Positions 11,130 through 21,900 of a stretch of 64,000 nt of DNA are shown here, piece by piece; the first letter of the stretch is position 1, and each line of letters starts with the position of its first letter. The position numbers were made by a program, and so were the translations under genes. The DNA is from a virus (taxonomy: Duplodnaviria > Caudoviricetes): positions 933 to 64,932 of IMG/VR virus record IMGVR_UViG_3300028854_000020. One strand, 5' to 3'. The notes under the pieces were generated by a model. The model was given only the letters and a program-made list of their open reading frames with translations. It had not been told where the DNA came from and did not search any database.

Positions 11130-12312
11130 ATGTTGTCTACTTCTCACGATCCTTTAAAAATGATTGATAAAAATAGTAAACTAATTAATAAAAATGATTT
11201 GGTTAAATACCCTACATATGCAACTTATGCTGTTGCTCCTGTAAATAAGATTGAAAACTGGTCCACTCAAATTGTTTTTGTATTTGACGAGTATATTCGT
11301 AGAAATCCATATGAAGTTGAAGTTATTACTTTAGAAGAAGCAATGCTATTGGCATTTGAAGGGATTTCAGTGAAATTCGATGAAACATAAATTTTCTATC
11401 GGTGATTATGTTTGGTATCGTCCAATATATTTTTGGTTAATGGGAACCCAACTTGGAACAATAGAACGCATCGATGATGATACTATTTGGTTTAAATGTA
11501 AGTTTGGATTATATGGTTTACAAATTTGGGAAGTAACACCAGCAACAAACGAAGAAGTTATGTTGTGGAAATTTGAAAATTGAAAGGAATATAAAAATGA
11601 TTGATGAAAGAATTTATGTAATCGTTCCGCAGACAGTTCAGTGTGAAGTGATTACTCCGTTGGATAATGAAACAATAAAAGTGGAAACCAAGTCATTTCC
11701 AATGGTCGCTGGTCGTCTTATTGCGCAGGGAGTTCATATCGGAAGGATGCTTGGAAATTGGTATTTTAATAGAGGTAATCCAGAAATTACTACAATTGTA
11801 TTGAGTGTTCGTAATACAAAGGAACTGCGTAAAGTATCTGATGAAATTAAAAGAAAAGTGGATGAACTTGTAGAAACTGTTGATAGGATTCCTTATGAAG
11901 AGTTTCATGACACCAATGTTGCTTTTTATGGAACAGAAGATAAAATCCACACGATTACTGCATTTGGACCGATCACACCAGAGATTCGCGAATTGTTTGA
12001 AGAAGCGATTGGTCATTTGGAATTGTTCTAAATATTAGAAAGGGATATATGATTAGCACCAAAGAGGATCGAAGAAAAAAAGCAATTAATTTAATTGATA
12101 TTTTAACAAGCAATGTTTTATGCTTCAAAAGAACAAAACCAAAAACATTACCAAAAGGAATAAATTTTAATAACAATGAATGGATAAGTATTGAAACAGT
12201 ATATAGATTAATTTTAAATGGAAAAGATATTTCAATAAATTTTTTATTTGATCTTGAAGAAATAGAAAATAAATATAAAGAATATTTATTTTTGGCAAAA
12301 TTGGAAAGTTGA
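11130..12312 (+). CDS. four hypothetical genes: 11130-11390, 11380-11583, ~11597-12031, 12049-12312
   Basis: Coupled ORFs; three carry the shared C-terminal motif; the third has GRLIAQGVH reminiscent of PTH2-type peptidyl-tRNA hydrolases (weak). Confidence 0.6.
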
Positions 12313-12319
12313 AAATATT

Positions 12320-12736
12320 ATGAAGCAGAATATGTCAAAACGGTGGTCTCGTGGATTTGAAGTTGCTCGTGCAGCTTCGTTCCATAGCAATGGAATAACC
12401 AATGGCCAAAAGATGGGTGCGGCATTGTATGCTGGCTCTACTTTACTATCCCTTGGATTCAACGATTATGACCGCACATCGAAGCATTCTCAACATTCTA
12501 CTTACGTTGGTAATCTCCACGCCGAAATAGCTTGTCTGACAAGGCGTTGGCATTACGATAAATCCAATAATTTGATTTTGTATATAGCAAGAACGGTCAC
12601 TGATACGAAAAAGACTGTTCTGCAATATGGAGTATCTCGCCCATGCCAAAGTTGTATGAAAGCAATACAAGCATTTGGAGTTCGTCGTGTTAGATTTTTT
12701 GATGAAAATGGAATACCAACCGAAGTGAAAATTTAA
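12320..12736 (+). CDS. cytidine/deoxycytidylate deaminase-fold protein
   Basis: LHAEIA and SRPCQSC motifs. Confidence 0.8.
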   Translation: MKQNMSKRWSRGFEVARAASFHSNGITNGQKMGAALYAGSTLLSLGFNDYDRTSKHSQHSTYVGNLHAEIACLTRRWHYDKSNNLILYIARTVTDTKKTVLQYGVSRPCQSCMKAIQAFGVRRVRFFDENGIPTEVKI

Positions 12737-12775
12737 CTTGACTTTTATTCTAAAATGCGATAAACTAAATTCATT

Positions 12776-13936
12776 ATGTTATTTGGAGGAAAAATGAAAG
12801 TATTTTTAGGCATTATTTTTACATTATGTTCTATTTCAAGTTTTGCTCAGACAAATCCAACAGAAACAAAGACAGTTCAAGCATCTGTTCCACCGGCTAT
12901 TGTGATGGGAACAGCACCAGTGATTTCAGATATTCAACAGAAAAATTTTTATAAGGCTTTGGCGGAACAACTTAAAATTCAAATAGATTTAAAACAAGCA
13001 CAAGATGCCGTGAACGCTGCTGCAAAGTCTATGGTTGCAACATGCGGTGATAATTATAATCTAAATTATACTTTAACTCTTAATGGTCCCGATCCAATTT
13101 GTGTAAAAAAACCAAAGCAAAATAAGTAAGAAAGGAAATATATGAATATTCCAGAAGATTTGCAACAGATATATGAATTTTGCAATGATATGGTAATTAA
13201 TAAGGTTGAAACATTCAAAATAACACCAAAGAGCATGTTGTGTTTGATTGAACGCATTGGAGCATTAGAAGATTCTACTAATACATCTTCTTGTATTCAT
13301 GATAGTTGCCGGGAAAAAATCAACGAAGGAAAGAAAACTATAATTGAATTGAGACATGATAATAAACTTTTATCTCAACAGATTATTGATGTGACAAAAA
13401 CAGAAAGCCAAAAATTATGGAATAGTGTTGATGATGCCGCTAAAGAAATAGCTACGTGGCCAGAGTGGATGAAGGAAGGTAATTAAATGTCAAATTCTAC
13501 AAAGGTTTCTATATTTTTTGCAACTTGTATGGCTTTAATTTGTATAAATTTTACCATAGGCTGGTGTATACTTAATTATCATCCACACATGTTACAACCA
13601 ATTAATTCCGAAGTAATTACTACAAAATATAATAAATTTGTAACAGATGCAAAAGGAACAAAAGTTGTAATATATCATTCACCCTTGGTAAAAGATATGC
13701 CAGAAAACGAAAGATTTAAAAATACGATTTTCTTTGTTCAAGATGGTAGTGCAGTTTTACTTAATCTTGATTCTCTAAACTATAACATAGGCGAAGATGT
13801 CGTATGGAAATCAAATGGAAAATGGTATGGTGTATTAAAAGACAAAAATATTGATCCAGCAAGTATCAGATTTATTAATTATAACACACCAGAACAATGT
13901 CATTGTGTTCCTATTACTTTAATGGATGAAAAATAA
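12776..13936 (+). CDS. three hypothetical genes: ~12793-13129 (signal peptide), 13142-13486, 13487-13936 (N-terminal TM)
   Basis: ORFs with RBS; hydrophobic N-termini in the first and third. Confidence 0.6.
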
Positions 13937-14276
13937 AAAGGATAAAATGTTTCTATGGCTCGATGATATACGTGATCCCGCTCAATGTGGAGCAATTGGT
14001 GTAACTTGGGTTAAAACATACGATGAAGCAGTTGATTTGTTGAAAACAGGAAATGTAATAATTGCAGATTTAGATCATGATCTTAATATTCAACAAACTT
14101 TAGGATTGACAGATGGCAACAAAACAGGATATGATGTGATTGTATGGATGGAAGAACATAATATATGGCCGGAAAAAGTTTTGATTCATAGTCAAAATCC
14201 ATCTGGAAAATATAAAATGCTTCAAGCAGTTCAACGACATTATGGAAAGCTATTTCAGCCTCCATTTCGCGTGTAA
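13926..14276 (+). CDS. cyclic-phosphate processing receiver domain protein
   Basis: LWLDDIR, DLDHDL, TGYDV, IHSQNPSG motifs. Confidence 0.85.
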   Translation: MKNKKDKMFLWLDDIRDPAQCGAIGVTWVKTYDEAVDLLKTGNVIIADLDHDLNIQQTLGLTDGNKTGYDVIVWMEEHNIWPEKVLIHSQNPSGKYKMLQAVQRHYGKLFQPPFRV

Positions 14277-14281
14277 ACAGT

Positions 14282-14597
14282 TCTAATCCTGATAATGATT
14301 AGATGGCTGGTCCGGTGGTTTAACAAAACTAAGATAATTGACAGGTATCTTCATAAACGTCTTATTCCGTATGAATAAGTGGAGTCGGGGTATGTATCAT
14401 TTCATAAAATAAATGATTGGTGGAGGCGCATTACGGTTTTTTTGTGACGTGGTGCCCCCAAATTTGGTGGAGTGTAATAGAATAAAAGAACGGCAAAGGA
14501 TATATGCAATGTGTTAGCTACTATATTCCGTAGGTCTCAAATAAACACAGATTTAGTGACCCACGTTTTGAATATTCTATTACATTCCATCTAAATT
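14282..14597 (+). ncRNA. candidate multi-hairpin ncRNA
   Basis: ORF-free; hairpins TCTAATC/GATTAGA, CTTATTC/GAATAAG, ATCATTT/AAATGAT and a ~24-bp stem 14461-14484/14573-14597 with G-U pairs. Confidence 0.55.
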
Positions 14598-14610
14598 AAA
14601 AGAGAGAATT

Positions 14611-15156
14611 ATGAAAACAGGAACAAAATCAATATTATTCGGAGCACATTGTTTTTTCCTACATCCTTTTTTTGTGGCATATTCATGGTATAAACTATAT
14701 GGTTTTCCATTTGATCCAAGATTATGGTTTTGTTTCGGATTGCATGACATTGGATATTGGGGTAAAACTCATATGGATGATAATTTAGGGGAAACACATC
14801 CAGAAACAGGTGCTAAAATAATTGAATTTTTGTTTGGTAAAGAATGGGGAGATTTTTGCTTATTTCATTCAAGACATTATGCTAAGAGAGTTGGAAGACA
14901 ACCTTCAAAATTGTGTTTTGCTGATAAATTAGCTTTTGTTTATACACCAAAATGGCTTTATATTCCAATGGTAAGTTGGACAGGAGAAATTAACGAATAT
15001 TTACAGAATGCACAAAAAAATGATAATTCGCGTTGGGCACCAACAAATTTTGATAAAAATAAATGGCATTCTCAATTAAAAGAATATTTCATTAATTGGG
15101 TAGAAACTCATAAATCTGGTGCCGACGATACATGGACATTAAAAAGACATTCTTAG
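14611..15156 (+). CDS. HD-like hypothetical protein
   Basis: LHDIGY, HSRH, ADK motifs. Confidence 0.6.
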   Translation: MKTGTKSILFGAHCFFLHPFFVAYSWYKLYGFPFDPRLWFCFGLHDIGYWGKTHMDDNLGETHPETGAKIIEFLFGKEWGDFCLFHSRHYAKRVGRQPSKLCFADKLAFVYTPKWLYIPMVSWTGEINEYLQNAQKNDNSRWAPTNFDKNKWHSQLKEYFINWVETHKSGADDTWTLKRHS

Positions 15157-15179
15157 CTTGTATAAATAGAAGTATATGT

Positions 15180-15255
15180 TCCGAAGTGGTGAAATTAGCT
15201 ATCACGAGAGTCTCTGAAACTTTAATTACTGGATCGTGCCCAGTCTTCGGAGCCA
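15180..15255 (+). tRNA. tRNA-Gln(CTG)
   Basis: TCCGAAG/CTTCGGA acceptor stem, anticodon loop CTCTGAA, G73 and CCA; atypical T-loop ATCGTGC; TATAAATA upstream. Confidence 0.85.
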
Positions 15256-15440
15256 ATAAATTGGGTGATGATAAATGCCAACAACAGATGATCTTATAAC
15301 ACTATATGCAAACCTTGAAACGATTTTGAATGATTTGGATATTTATATAAAAAATGTTCAAGAAAAAAGAAAACTTGCCGCTGATTGTTTGGCAAAGTTA
15401 AAAGATAAAGCAATGAAAGAAATGGATAAATAGAAATAAC

Positions 15441-15515
15441 GCCTTGTTAGTATAGTGTTTATTACCCTACGCTGGTATCGTAGAAACGTGAGTTAGATTC
15501 TCACACAAGGCTCCA
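15441..15515 (+). tRNA. tRNA-Thr(GGT)
   Basis: GCCTTGT/ACAAGGC acceptor, CTACG-CTGGTAT-CGTAG anticodon arm, CCA. Confidence 0.88.
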
Positions 15516-15530
15516 AGATTTTATAAATTA

Positions 15531-15605
15531 GCCAGATTAGTTTAACTAGAAAAACAAGACTCCTGTAAAGTTTAGTTTTCGGGGCGGTTCCGAAATTTGG
15601 CTCCA
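15531..15605 (+). tRNA. tRNA-Thr(TGT)
   Basis: GCCAGAT/ATTTGGC acceptor, loop CCTGTAA (C33), T-loop GGCGGTT, CCA. Confidence 0.8.
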
Positions 15606-15611
15606 ATATAT

Positions 15612-15683
15612 TCCGAATTAGTTTAACTGGAAAAACATAGCCTTCGTAACGCTAAATTATCGGGTCAGTTCCGATATTCGGAT
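15612..15683 (+). tRNA. tRNA-Thr(CGT), CCA not encoded
   Basis: TCCGAAT/ATTCGGA acceptor, loop TTCGTAA, T-arm ATCGG-GTCAGTT-CCGAT. Confidence 0.75.
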
Positions 15684-15959
15684 CATTGATTAATTTAGTT
15701 AACAAATTCTCAAAAATATTATAATGAATATAGAAAGGAAATAACTATATGAAGGTTGGATATCGGTGGGCGTTAGCATCTTTTATTTTTGCATTTATTA
15801 TGGAACTTGCAGGAACGGTAACAAACGTATATAAATTGCAAATGTTTTTTCAATCTTTTGGTGCTCTTGGAATAGTATTCATGATGTTGTTTTTGATGAT
15901 AACATATATGGTTTAATCTGATTATTTTATGCTATAAAATTAATAGAAAGGAAATAGAA

Positions 15960-16400
15960 ATGGAACCGATTCTAGGATTTTTTGATAAGTATAGATTTTT
16001 AAGCAATTTTCATGAACATCCCGCTGTTGTAATTTATATTGATGATTTAACTGGTGGAAGACTTCCGTGTAAAAATGTTGAAGCTGCATTTCAAGCATCT
16101 AAAACATTAAATGCTCTTGAAAGATTGACTGTTTCTTTATCGCAAACTCCAAACGAAGCTAAGAAATTGGGGCGTCAAGTATCAATGCGTTCTGATTGGG
16201 AAAATATAAAATTTGATGTAATGTTAGAATTGTTAAATCAAAAATTTTCCTATCCTTATTATCGCGATCTTCTTAAAGCTACTGGTGATGCTTATCTAGA
16301 AGAAACAAATCCATGGAACGATAAAATTTGGGGTGTTTGTAATGGTGTTGGAATGAATTGGCTTGGAAAACTTTTAATGAAGGTTCGTGAAGGTTTATAA
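15960..16400 (+). CDS. NADAR (YbiA) family ADP-ribosylhydrolase
   Basis: FLSNF, EAAFQASK, AKKLGR, LLKATGDAYLEE, DKIWG, GMNWLGKLLMKVR. Confidence 0.92.
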   Translation: MEPILGFFDKYRFLSNFHEHPAVVIYIDDLTGGRLPCKNVEAAFQASKTLNALERLTVSLSQTPNEAKKLGRQVSMRSDWENIKFDVMLELLNQKFSYPYYRDLLKATGDAYLEETNPWNDKIWGVCNGVGMNWLGKLLMKVREGL

Positions 16401-16402
16401 TC

Positions 16403-17127
16403 ATGATTGATATTGAACTAGTAAACGAATTAGAAGAAAAACAATTAAAAATACGAATTAAAAAAGAGCAGGAAGACCAACAAAAACGCAATAAAGAACT
16501 TGAGGCAAATAGATTAGCAAATATTGAAAAAACAATAGCGGCTAGAAAAAAAGCAGAAGAAGTTTTTCCAGAAGCATTAAAAAGGATTGAAGCAGATATT
16601 AAAGAGGCAATTGCCAATAGAAGAAGAAAGATTATTTTTTATTGTTCTTATATATGCCGATGAAAATATGACTCAGTATTTACAAATAATGTTAATGCAA
16701 GCTCTTCCTTTAAATGGTTTTTTGTGTAATATGGACGGAAATACTATCAATATAAGTTGGTAATAATATGAATACAGAAAATAATAAAAAAATTCTTAAT
16801 AGATTTCCAGACTTATTTCCAAGTAACTTTTATTTAGGTATAGGTGATGGATGGTTTAATATTTTTAATGATCTATGCGAAGATTTGAAACCAATAGTAA
16901 AAAATTTAAATCCTCCCTTTACATTTATACAAGTAAAAGAAAAATTTGGTGGATTAAGAGTATATACTAACTATGATGGAGATGATAAAGTTAATCCTGT
17001 TATATGTCTTGCAGAAAAGAAAGCATTGGAAACTTGTGATATGTGCGGGGAAAAGGGTCTTTTACGAAATAGTGGTTGGCTTAAAATAAGATGTGATAAT
17101 CACGTTGATACTAAACATTATCTGTAG
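16403..17127 (+). CDS. two hypothetical genes: 16403-16663 (possibly frameshifted, continuing to ~16763) and 16768-17127
   Basis: Second ORF has the common phage GDGW...QVKEKFGGLRVY...CDMCG motif. Confidence 0.65.
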
Positions 17128-17143
17128 AAAGGTTTTATAAAAT

Positions 17144-17335
17144 ATGGCATTATACGAATATCATTGTTCTTCTTGTAAAAATGTATATGAAAAGATTCAA
17201 AATTTTAATTCTGAACCAGATAAATTTTGTCCAAAATGCGGAGAGCCTGTGGAACGTCCATTATTTGGTTCATCTTTAATATTTCATGGGACAGGTTTTT
17301 ATGTAAATGATTATGGAAAACACAATGACAATTGA
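17144..17335 (+). CDS. FmdB family zinc-ribbon protein
   Basis: MALYEYHCSSC...CPKCG...FHGTGFYVNDY. Confidence 0.88.
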   Translation: MALYEYHCSSCKNVYEKIQNFNSEPDKFCPKCGEPVERPLFGSSLIFHGTGFYVNDYGKHNDN

Positions 17336-17651
17336 ATTAGTATATAAAGAAATACCTCATATTTCTAAAAAAACACAAGAATATATAAACTATGTTCGTG
17401 AAATTTATCCTAATGCTGCTATAATATTTGATTCTCATGAATATTACAATAAAAAAATACAATTGAAACCGTTTTGTATTGGTGACATATATAATATTTC
17501 ATTTGATAAAAATAAAATATTGGTTTGTGATTATATAAACAGAAATATTTCGTGGAGGAATATTAGTGATTTTAAAAAAAACGTTTCCACGGCTTGGAAA
17601 AATGCATATAAAACTATACAAGATGAAACTTTAAAAAAACTAGAATCCTAA
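17325..17651 (+). CDS. hypothetical protein ending LKKLES
   Basis: ORF track 17307-17651; probable internal start. Confidence 0.55.
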   Translation: MTIELVYKEIPHISKKTQEYINYVREIYPNAAIIFDSHEYYNKKIQLKPFCIGDIYNISFDKNKILVCDYINRNISWRNISDFKKNVSTAWKNAYKTIQDETLKKLES

Positions 17652-17671
17652 ATACTTAGAAAGAGAAAAAT

Positions 17672-18268
17672 ATGTCTAATTTGTGCAGTAAACCAGTTCT
17701 TGTTTTAAATCAAGCATTTGAGCCACTATCGATTTGTAGTGTTCAGAGAGCAATGAAACTTATTGTCAAAAATCGTGCTCGTGTTGAAGAATCAAATGGG
17801 CAAAAATTTTATACTGGAAAAATGTGGGATGAAAGAACTGGAGATTTGGTAACAGTTGATTTCTTTCTTCCAAGCGTTATTAGATTATTGGAATACAGAT
17901 ACATCCCAGTTAGAATGCCAATCGTAACACGTAAAAACATTTTTAATCGAGATGGAAAAAAATGTGTATATTGTGGTCTTCATTTTTCGGAGCGGCAGTT
18001 AACATTGGACCATGTAATTCCAAGATCACGTGGTGGTAAATCAACATATGAAAATCTTGTTACTTGTTGCTGGCCATGTAACAAGAAAAAAGATAATAAA
18101 CTACTTAGCGAATTACCAGATATGCAACCTTGTTATTTACCTAAACCAAGCAATATTCACACAGGAAGATTTATTTTACGTAATATAGGAGATAGTGACC
18201 CACTGTGGAGAAAATATTTATTTTTTAACAATATTTCAAAAGAAGATAATCAGTGGGTTGATATGTAA
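17672..18268 (+). CDS. HNH endonuclease (host-like, McrA-type)
   Basis: VLVLNQAFEP, PSVIRL, RDGKKCVYCG, TLDHVIPRSRGG, NLVTCC..CN..K. Confidence 0.9.
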   Translation: MSNLCSKPVLVLNQAFEPLSICSVQRAMKLIVKNRARVEESNGQKFYTGKMWDERTGDLVTVDFFLPSVIRLLEYRYIPVRMPIVTRKNIFNRDGKKCVYCGLHFSERQLTLDHVIPRSRGGKSTYENLVTCCWPCNKKKDNKLLSELPDMQPCYLPKPSNIHTGRFILRNIGDSDPLWRKYLFFNNISKEDNQWVDM

Positions 18269-18283
18269 TAACTTAAAACAAAT

Positions 18284-18313
18284 ACCTCAGTTTTGAAACT
18301 GGGGTTTTGTTTT
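18284..18313 (+). terminator. intrinsic terminator
   Basis: ACCTCAGTT-TTGA-AACTGGGGT followed by a T-rich tract. Confidence 0.7.
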
Positions 18314-18357
18314 GAATAGCATAAATACATTAAGATCGTTGTTTGGAGAATGTATTC

Positions 18358-18795
18358 ATGGCTGTAAAAATAAGTCAATTACCGGCAGCAATCACTATTA
18401 ATAGTGACGCAATTTTTCCTCTGGTTCAAAATTCTACAACTGAAAAGGTGACAATTGAACAATTATCTGCCTATATTGGCGGTGGTGGTGGTGGTGGCCC
18501 ACAAGGTCCACAAGGATTTCAAGGTGCAAGTGGTTCACAAGGTCCACAAGGATTTCAAGGTGCAAGTGGTGGCGGCGGTGGCACAATATTATTATCTAAT
18601 GTTGCTCCTATTTCAGCAGGAGTATTTACGGCTTCGCATTCGTTAGGATCGGTTCCATTGGCAGTTGTTTTTACCATGACATCCGGTGGTCAAATTTGGT
18701 TAAATACGGCAAATGTATCACTTGGTTACGATTCTTCAAATGTTTATTGTGTGGCATCAGATGGCAATGTAACAGCGCATATGTATGTATTTTAA
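18358..18795 (+). CDS. short collagen-repeat protein, probably structural
   Basis: MAVKISQLP N-terminus; GPQGPQGFQG repeats; ATAAATA late promoter at 18321. Confidence 0.7.
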   Translation: MAVKISQLPAAITINSDAIFPLVQNSTTEKVTIEQLSAYIGGGGGGGPQGPQGFQGASGSQGPQGFQGASGGGGGTILLSNVAPISAGVFTASHSLGSVPLAVVFTMTSGGQIWLNTANVSLGYDSSNVYCVASDGNVTAHMYVF

Positions 18796-18807
18796 TATGG
18801 GGATAAA

Positions 18808-19959
18808 ATGAAGAAAATATTTATTACAGCAATTTTAATATCATGTATGGCTATTGTTGGGCATTCCCAACAAATAAATCTCGGCCCAACAAATCCACAA
18901 GTAAAAGGTATTTTGGGTCAAGATTACGGTGGAACAGGATCAAATCAACCAATTCCTGATTGTCATGGGCCAAGTGATGCTTTATCATGGAATGCATCTC
19001 TTTTTACATTTGGTTGTAATACATCTGGTGGTGGCGGTGGGGTTTCCTCAGTTTCGGCAGCAAGCATATATATGTTCACATTGAATGTTGCAAGCCCAAC
19101 AACAACTCCTGTAATTACAGTTACTTTTGGAAATGTGTTAAATCAACTTTATATTGGAACCGGCGCTGGAACAGGAGTTTGGACTACTATTCCTGATTGT
19201 GAAGGTGGATCAAACGCTCTTACTTATAATAATACTACTCAAGCATTTTCCTGTCCCGGAATTTCTGGTGGTGGAGGCGGAACCACAACACACCCAGTAA
19301 CATTTGCAGCAAGTGGTGGTAGTTCTGCTGGTGCTACTTTTAATGGTGCTTCTGCTTTAACTGTTGATTATCATACCATTGGTGCTCCTTCTACTACTGG
19401 AACAGGAGCATCTGGAACATGGGGAATTTCTCTTGGAAATTCCGTAACATTTGCTGCAACATCAGGCGCATCTCCCGGCGCGACATATAATGGTGGTTCA
19501 ATATTAACAGTTGATTATCTTACTGTTGGTGCTCCTTCTGTTACTGGCAGCGGGGCATCTGGAACATGGGGTATTAATATTTCAGGGACAGCAGTAGCAT
19601 TAGCTTCCGCTCCTACAACATGTTCGCTTGGTTCATATAGCTTTGGAATTGGAACCAATGGAAATGCAATATGTAGTTCTCAAAATATATCTATTACTTT
19701 GCCTTCTGGAACACCAATAAGTGCGCTTACTTGCACTGGTTATTTAACAGCTACCTTGGTTGGAACTCGTTCAACATCTGCTTTTAATACAGGTTTTGGA
19801 ACTAATCCATTGGCTGTTGCTGGATGGGGAGCAAACGGTGGATTGGTTTTTAACGTATGGCCAGATGCATCCAATGATATTATTGATTGGTCAGTATGCA
19901 ATCAAAGTAATTTTTCAATAACTCCCGGAGCAGAAACAATGAATGTTGGAGTTAAATAA
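18808..19959 (+). CDS. Gly/Ser/Thr-rich fibre-like protein with apparent signal peptide
   Basis: MKKIFITAILISCMAIVGHS leader; duplicated TFNG..TVDY.T.GAPS.TG.GASGTWGI unit. Confidence 0.65.
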   Translation: MKKIFITAILISCMAIVGHSQQINLGPTNPQVKGILGQDYGGTGSNQPIPDCHGPSDALSWNASLFTFGCNTSGGGGGVSSVSAASIYMFTLNVASPTTTPVITVTFGNVLNQLYIGTGAGTGVWTTIPDCEGGSNALTYNNTTQAFSCPGISGGGGGTTTHPVTFAASGGSSAGATFNGASALTVDYHTIGAPSTTGTGASGTWGISLGNSVTFAATSGASPGATYNGGSILTVDYLTVGAPSVTGSGASGTWGINISGTAVALASAPTTCSLGSYSFGIGTNGNAICSSQNISITLPSGTPISALTCTGYLTATLVGTRSTSAFNTGFGTNPLAVAGWGANGGLVFNVWPDASNDIIDWSVCNQSNFSITPGAETMNVGVK

Positions 19960-20471
19960 TGAAGATTTTACCTATTTTATTATCAATCATGATTGTCATA
20001 CAACCATGTATGTCAATACCACAAACGGTTGGTGGTGCCGGTAGAACAACTGGAAACAAAGGTATTCATGGATCATTTAATGTAAGCACATCGGGTTTAA
20101 CAGTATCATGTTCCAGTTCAGCGGCGTGTTCCGTTAATCCAACAAGCGGAACTGTTAATGGTCCAAATCAACTAGCTGGTGGAATAATACAATTTACCGC
20201 AACACACGATGGAAGTGGAACAATTGGTGGTGCGGCTGGCGGTGGGGCCGGTGAACTTTTAATTAGTTGTAATGGTGGACCAACCTTTGCAGTAACTATT
20301 GCGTCTTATTCATTACCAACGACATCTGCATCTATGAGCTATCTAACACCAACATGTTCTGGAGTTACAAATCTAAATCAAATAACTTTTCAGTCAACCT
20401 TGGGCGGCGGTGGTAGTAGTGGTTTTAATATGAATTTTTTTCCATCTTCCACGATTACAATGACTTTTTAA
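19959..20471 (+). CDS. Gly/Ser/Thr-rich protein with apparent signal peptide
   Basis: MKILPILLSIMIVIQPCMS leader; coupled to the previous gene. Confidence 0.6.
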   Translation: MKILPILLSIMIVIQPCMSIPQTVGGAGRTTGNKGIHGSFNVSTSGLTVSCSSSAACSVNPTSGTVNGPNQLAGGIIQFTATHDGSGTIGGAAGGGAGELLISCNGGPTFAVTIASYSLPTTSASMSYLTPTCSGVTNLNQITFQSTLGGGGSSGFNMNFFPSSTITMTF

Positions 20472-20564
20472 GTTCTTTATTTTCAACATAAAATTTTTCT
20501 TGACAAATGAATCCATATATTGTATACTAAAAATGTTGATAATTTGTTTTAAGAAAGGTATTTC

Positions 20565-21436
20565 ATGAAACAGAATTCAAATCCATCATTTGAAAAGGCT
20601 TCTCTAGAAGCACTAGCACGTGCGCGGTCATTTGGTGATGTCCCACGTATTATGGAAGCTGTAAATAGGGCTGCGATGTTAATTTCACTTTCACCGGAAA
20701 AGTCAGAAGAAATTTTTCGTGAAAAGATGCAGGAAGGTGTAAAGTTGTGAATATTCTAACTAAATGGTTTCATCGTCATACTTATGATGGTGATTCATGG
20801 AAATTAATTGATGCAGTAGAACTTGTTGATTCTACTCCTCGGTATACATATGTTGTTGGTGATCAACCAAAACCAATAATTATTGGAAAAAGATATGTTT
20901 ATACTAATACCTGTATGGATTGTGGAATGCTAACCGAAAAAATAATTAATTCATAAAGAAGGAAATAATGTCTAGTGATTGGTGGAATGGTTTTAATTGT
21001 GGGATGTATTTTTGTCTTGGAATTTGGTTTGTAAATTATTGGATAGTTCAACCAATTAAAAGAGTTCTTGTAATAATGAAAAAGAAAGGAAGAAAAAATG
21101 AGCGTAACGGCTGCTGATTTTATTAAGAATGTAAAAACCGGAGATACGGCTGTTGTTGAACTTGCAACTCGTGATACAGAAGATGGTTTTGCACCTGATT
21201 ATAGAAAACCACAGACTGTCATTCTTTATGTTCAACGGCGAACAAAGGCATATAAAGATAGATGGGGTGTGCATCCCGCTGGAGAATTGTCTAATTGCAC
21301 TATTCAAGGTGGTGGTTGGGCCGAGGGAGGAATAGATTCTTGGTCTGAAATATTTTGTGAATTTCAAGTTGAAAATTATCGGATGCATATCTTGTCTTGG
21401 AACGGCGATGATGTTATTCCATCTCAAACAGTTTAA
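20565..21436 (+). CDS. small hypothetical genes: 20565-20750, 20747-20956, 21098-21436
   Basis: Sigma70 promoter at 20500-20528; RBS present. Confidence 0.6.
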
Positions 21437-21781
21437 TATTAGAAAGACAAAAAATGAAAATCGCAGCCATAATTGATGTAGTGTTTATTTTTATTTGGAT
21501 TATTCTTGGAATTCATGATGAATTAAAGCATAAATAGAGGATAGTATGAAATATACAAAAATTTTGTGGATATTTTTAATTGGATTTTTTCAGGAATATT
21601 GATGTCTCGGTTGTGCATTAACTATAAACCATCAGAACTTGGAAGTTCATTGGTTACTAACACTGTGACATGTGAAGTTCTTGATAATAAGATTTATGAT
21701 TGTAAAATAAATGCTGATTACACGCTTGACGATGTAGTGAATGATTGGTATACTATTTATATAGAGAATACAAAGTAATTT

Positions 21782-21875
21782 AGCCCTATAGTTTAATGGC
21801 AGAACAGCGGTCTTATAAACCGTATTATCACTAGATTGGTGAATTGTCTCAGTTCGAATCTGAGTAGGGCTACCA
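21782..21875 (+). tRNA. tRNA-Ile(TAT) with long variable arm (94 nt)
   Basis: AGCCCTA/TAGGGCT acceptor, GCGGT-CTTATAA-ACCGT, 24-nt variable region containing TCACTA/TGGTGA stem, canonical T-arm, ACCA. Confidence 0.85.
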
Positions 21876-21900
21876 TAAATTTATTTTAGAAAGGCAATAA

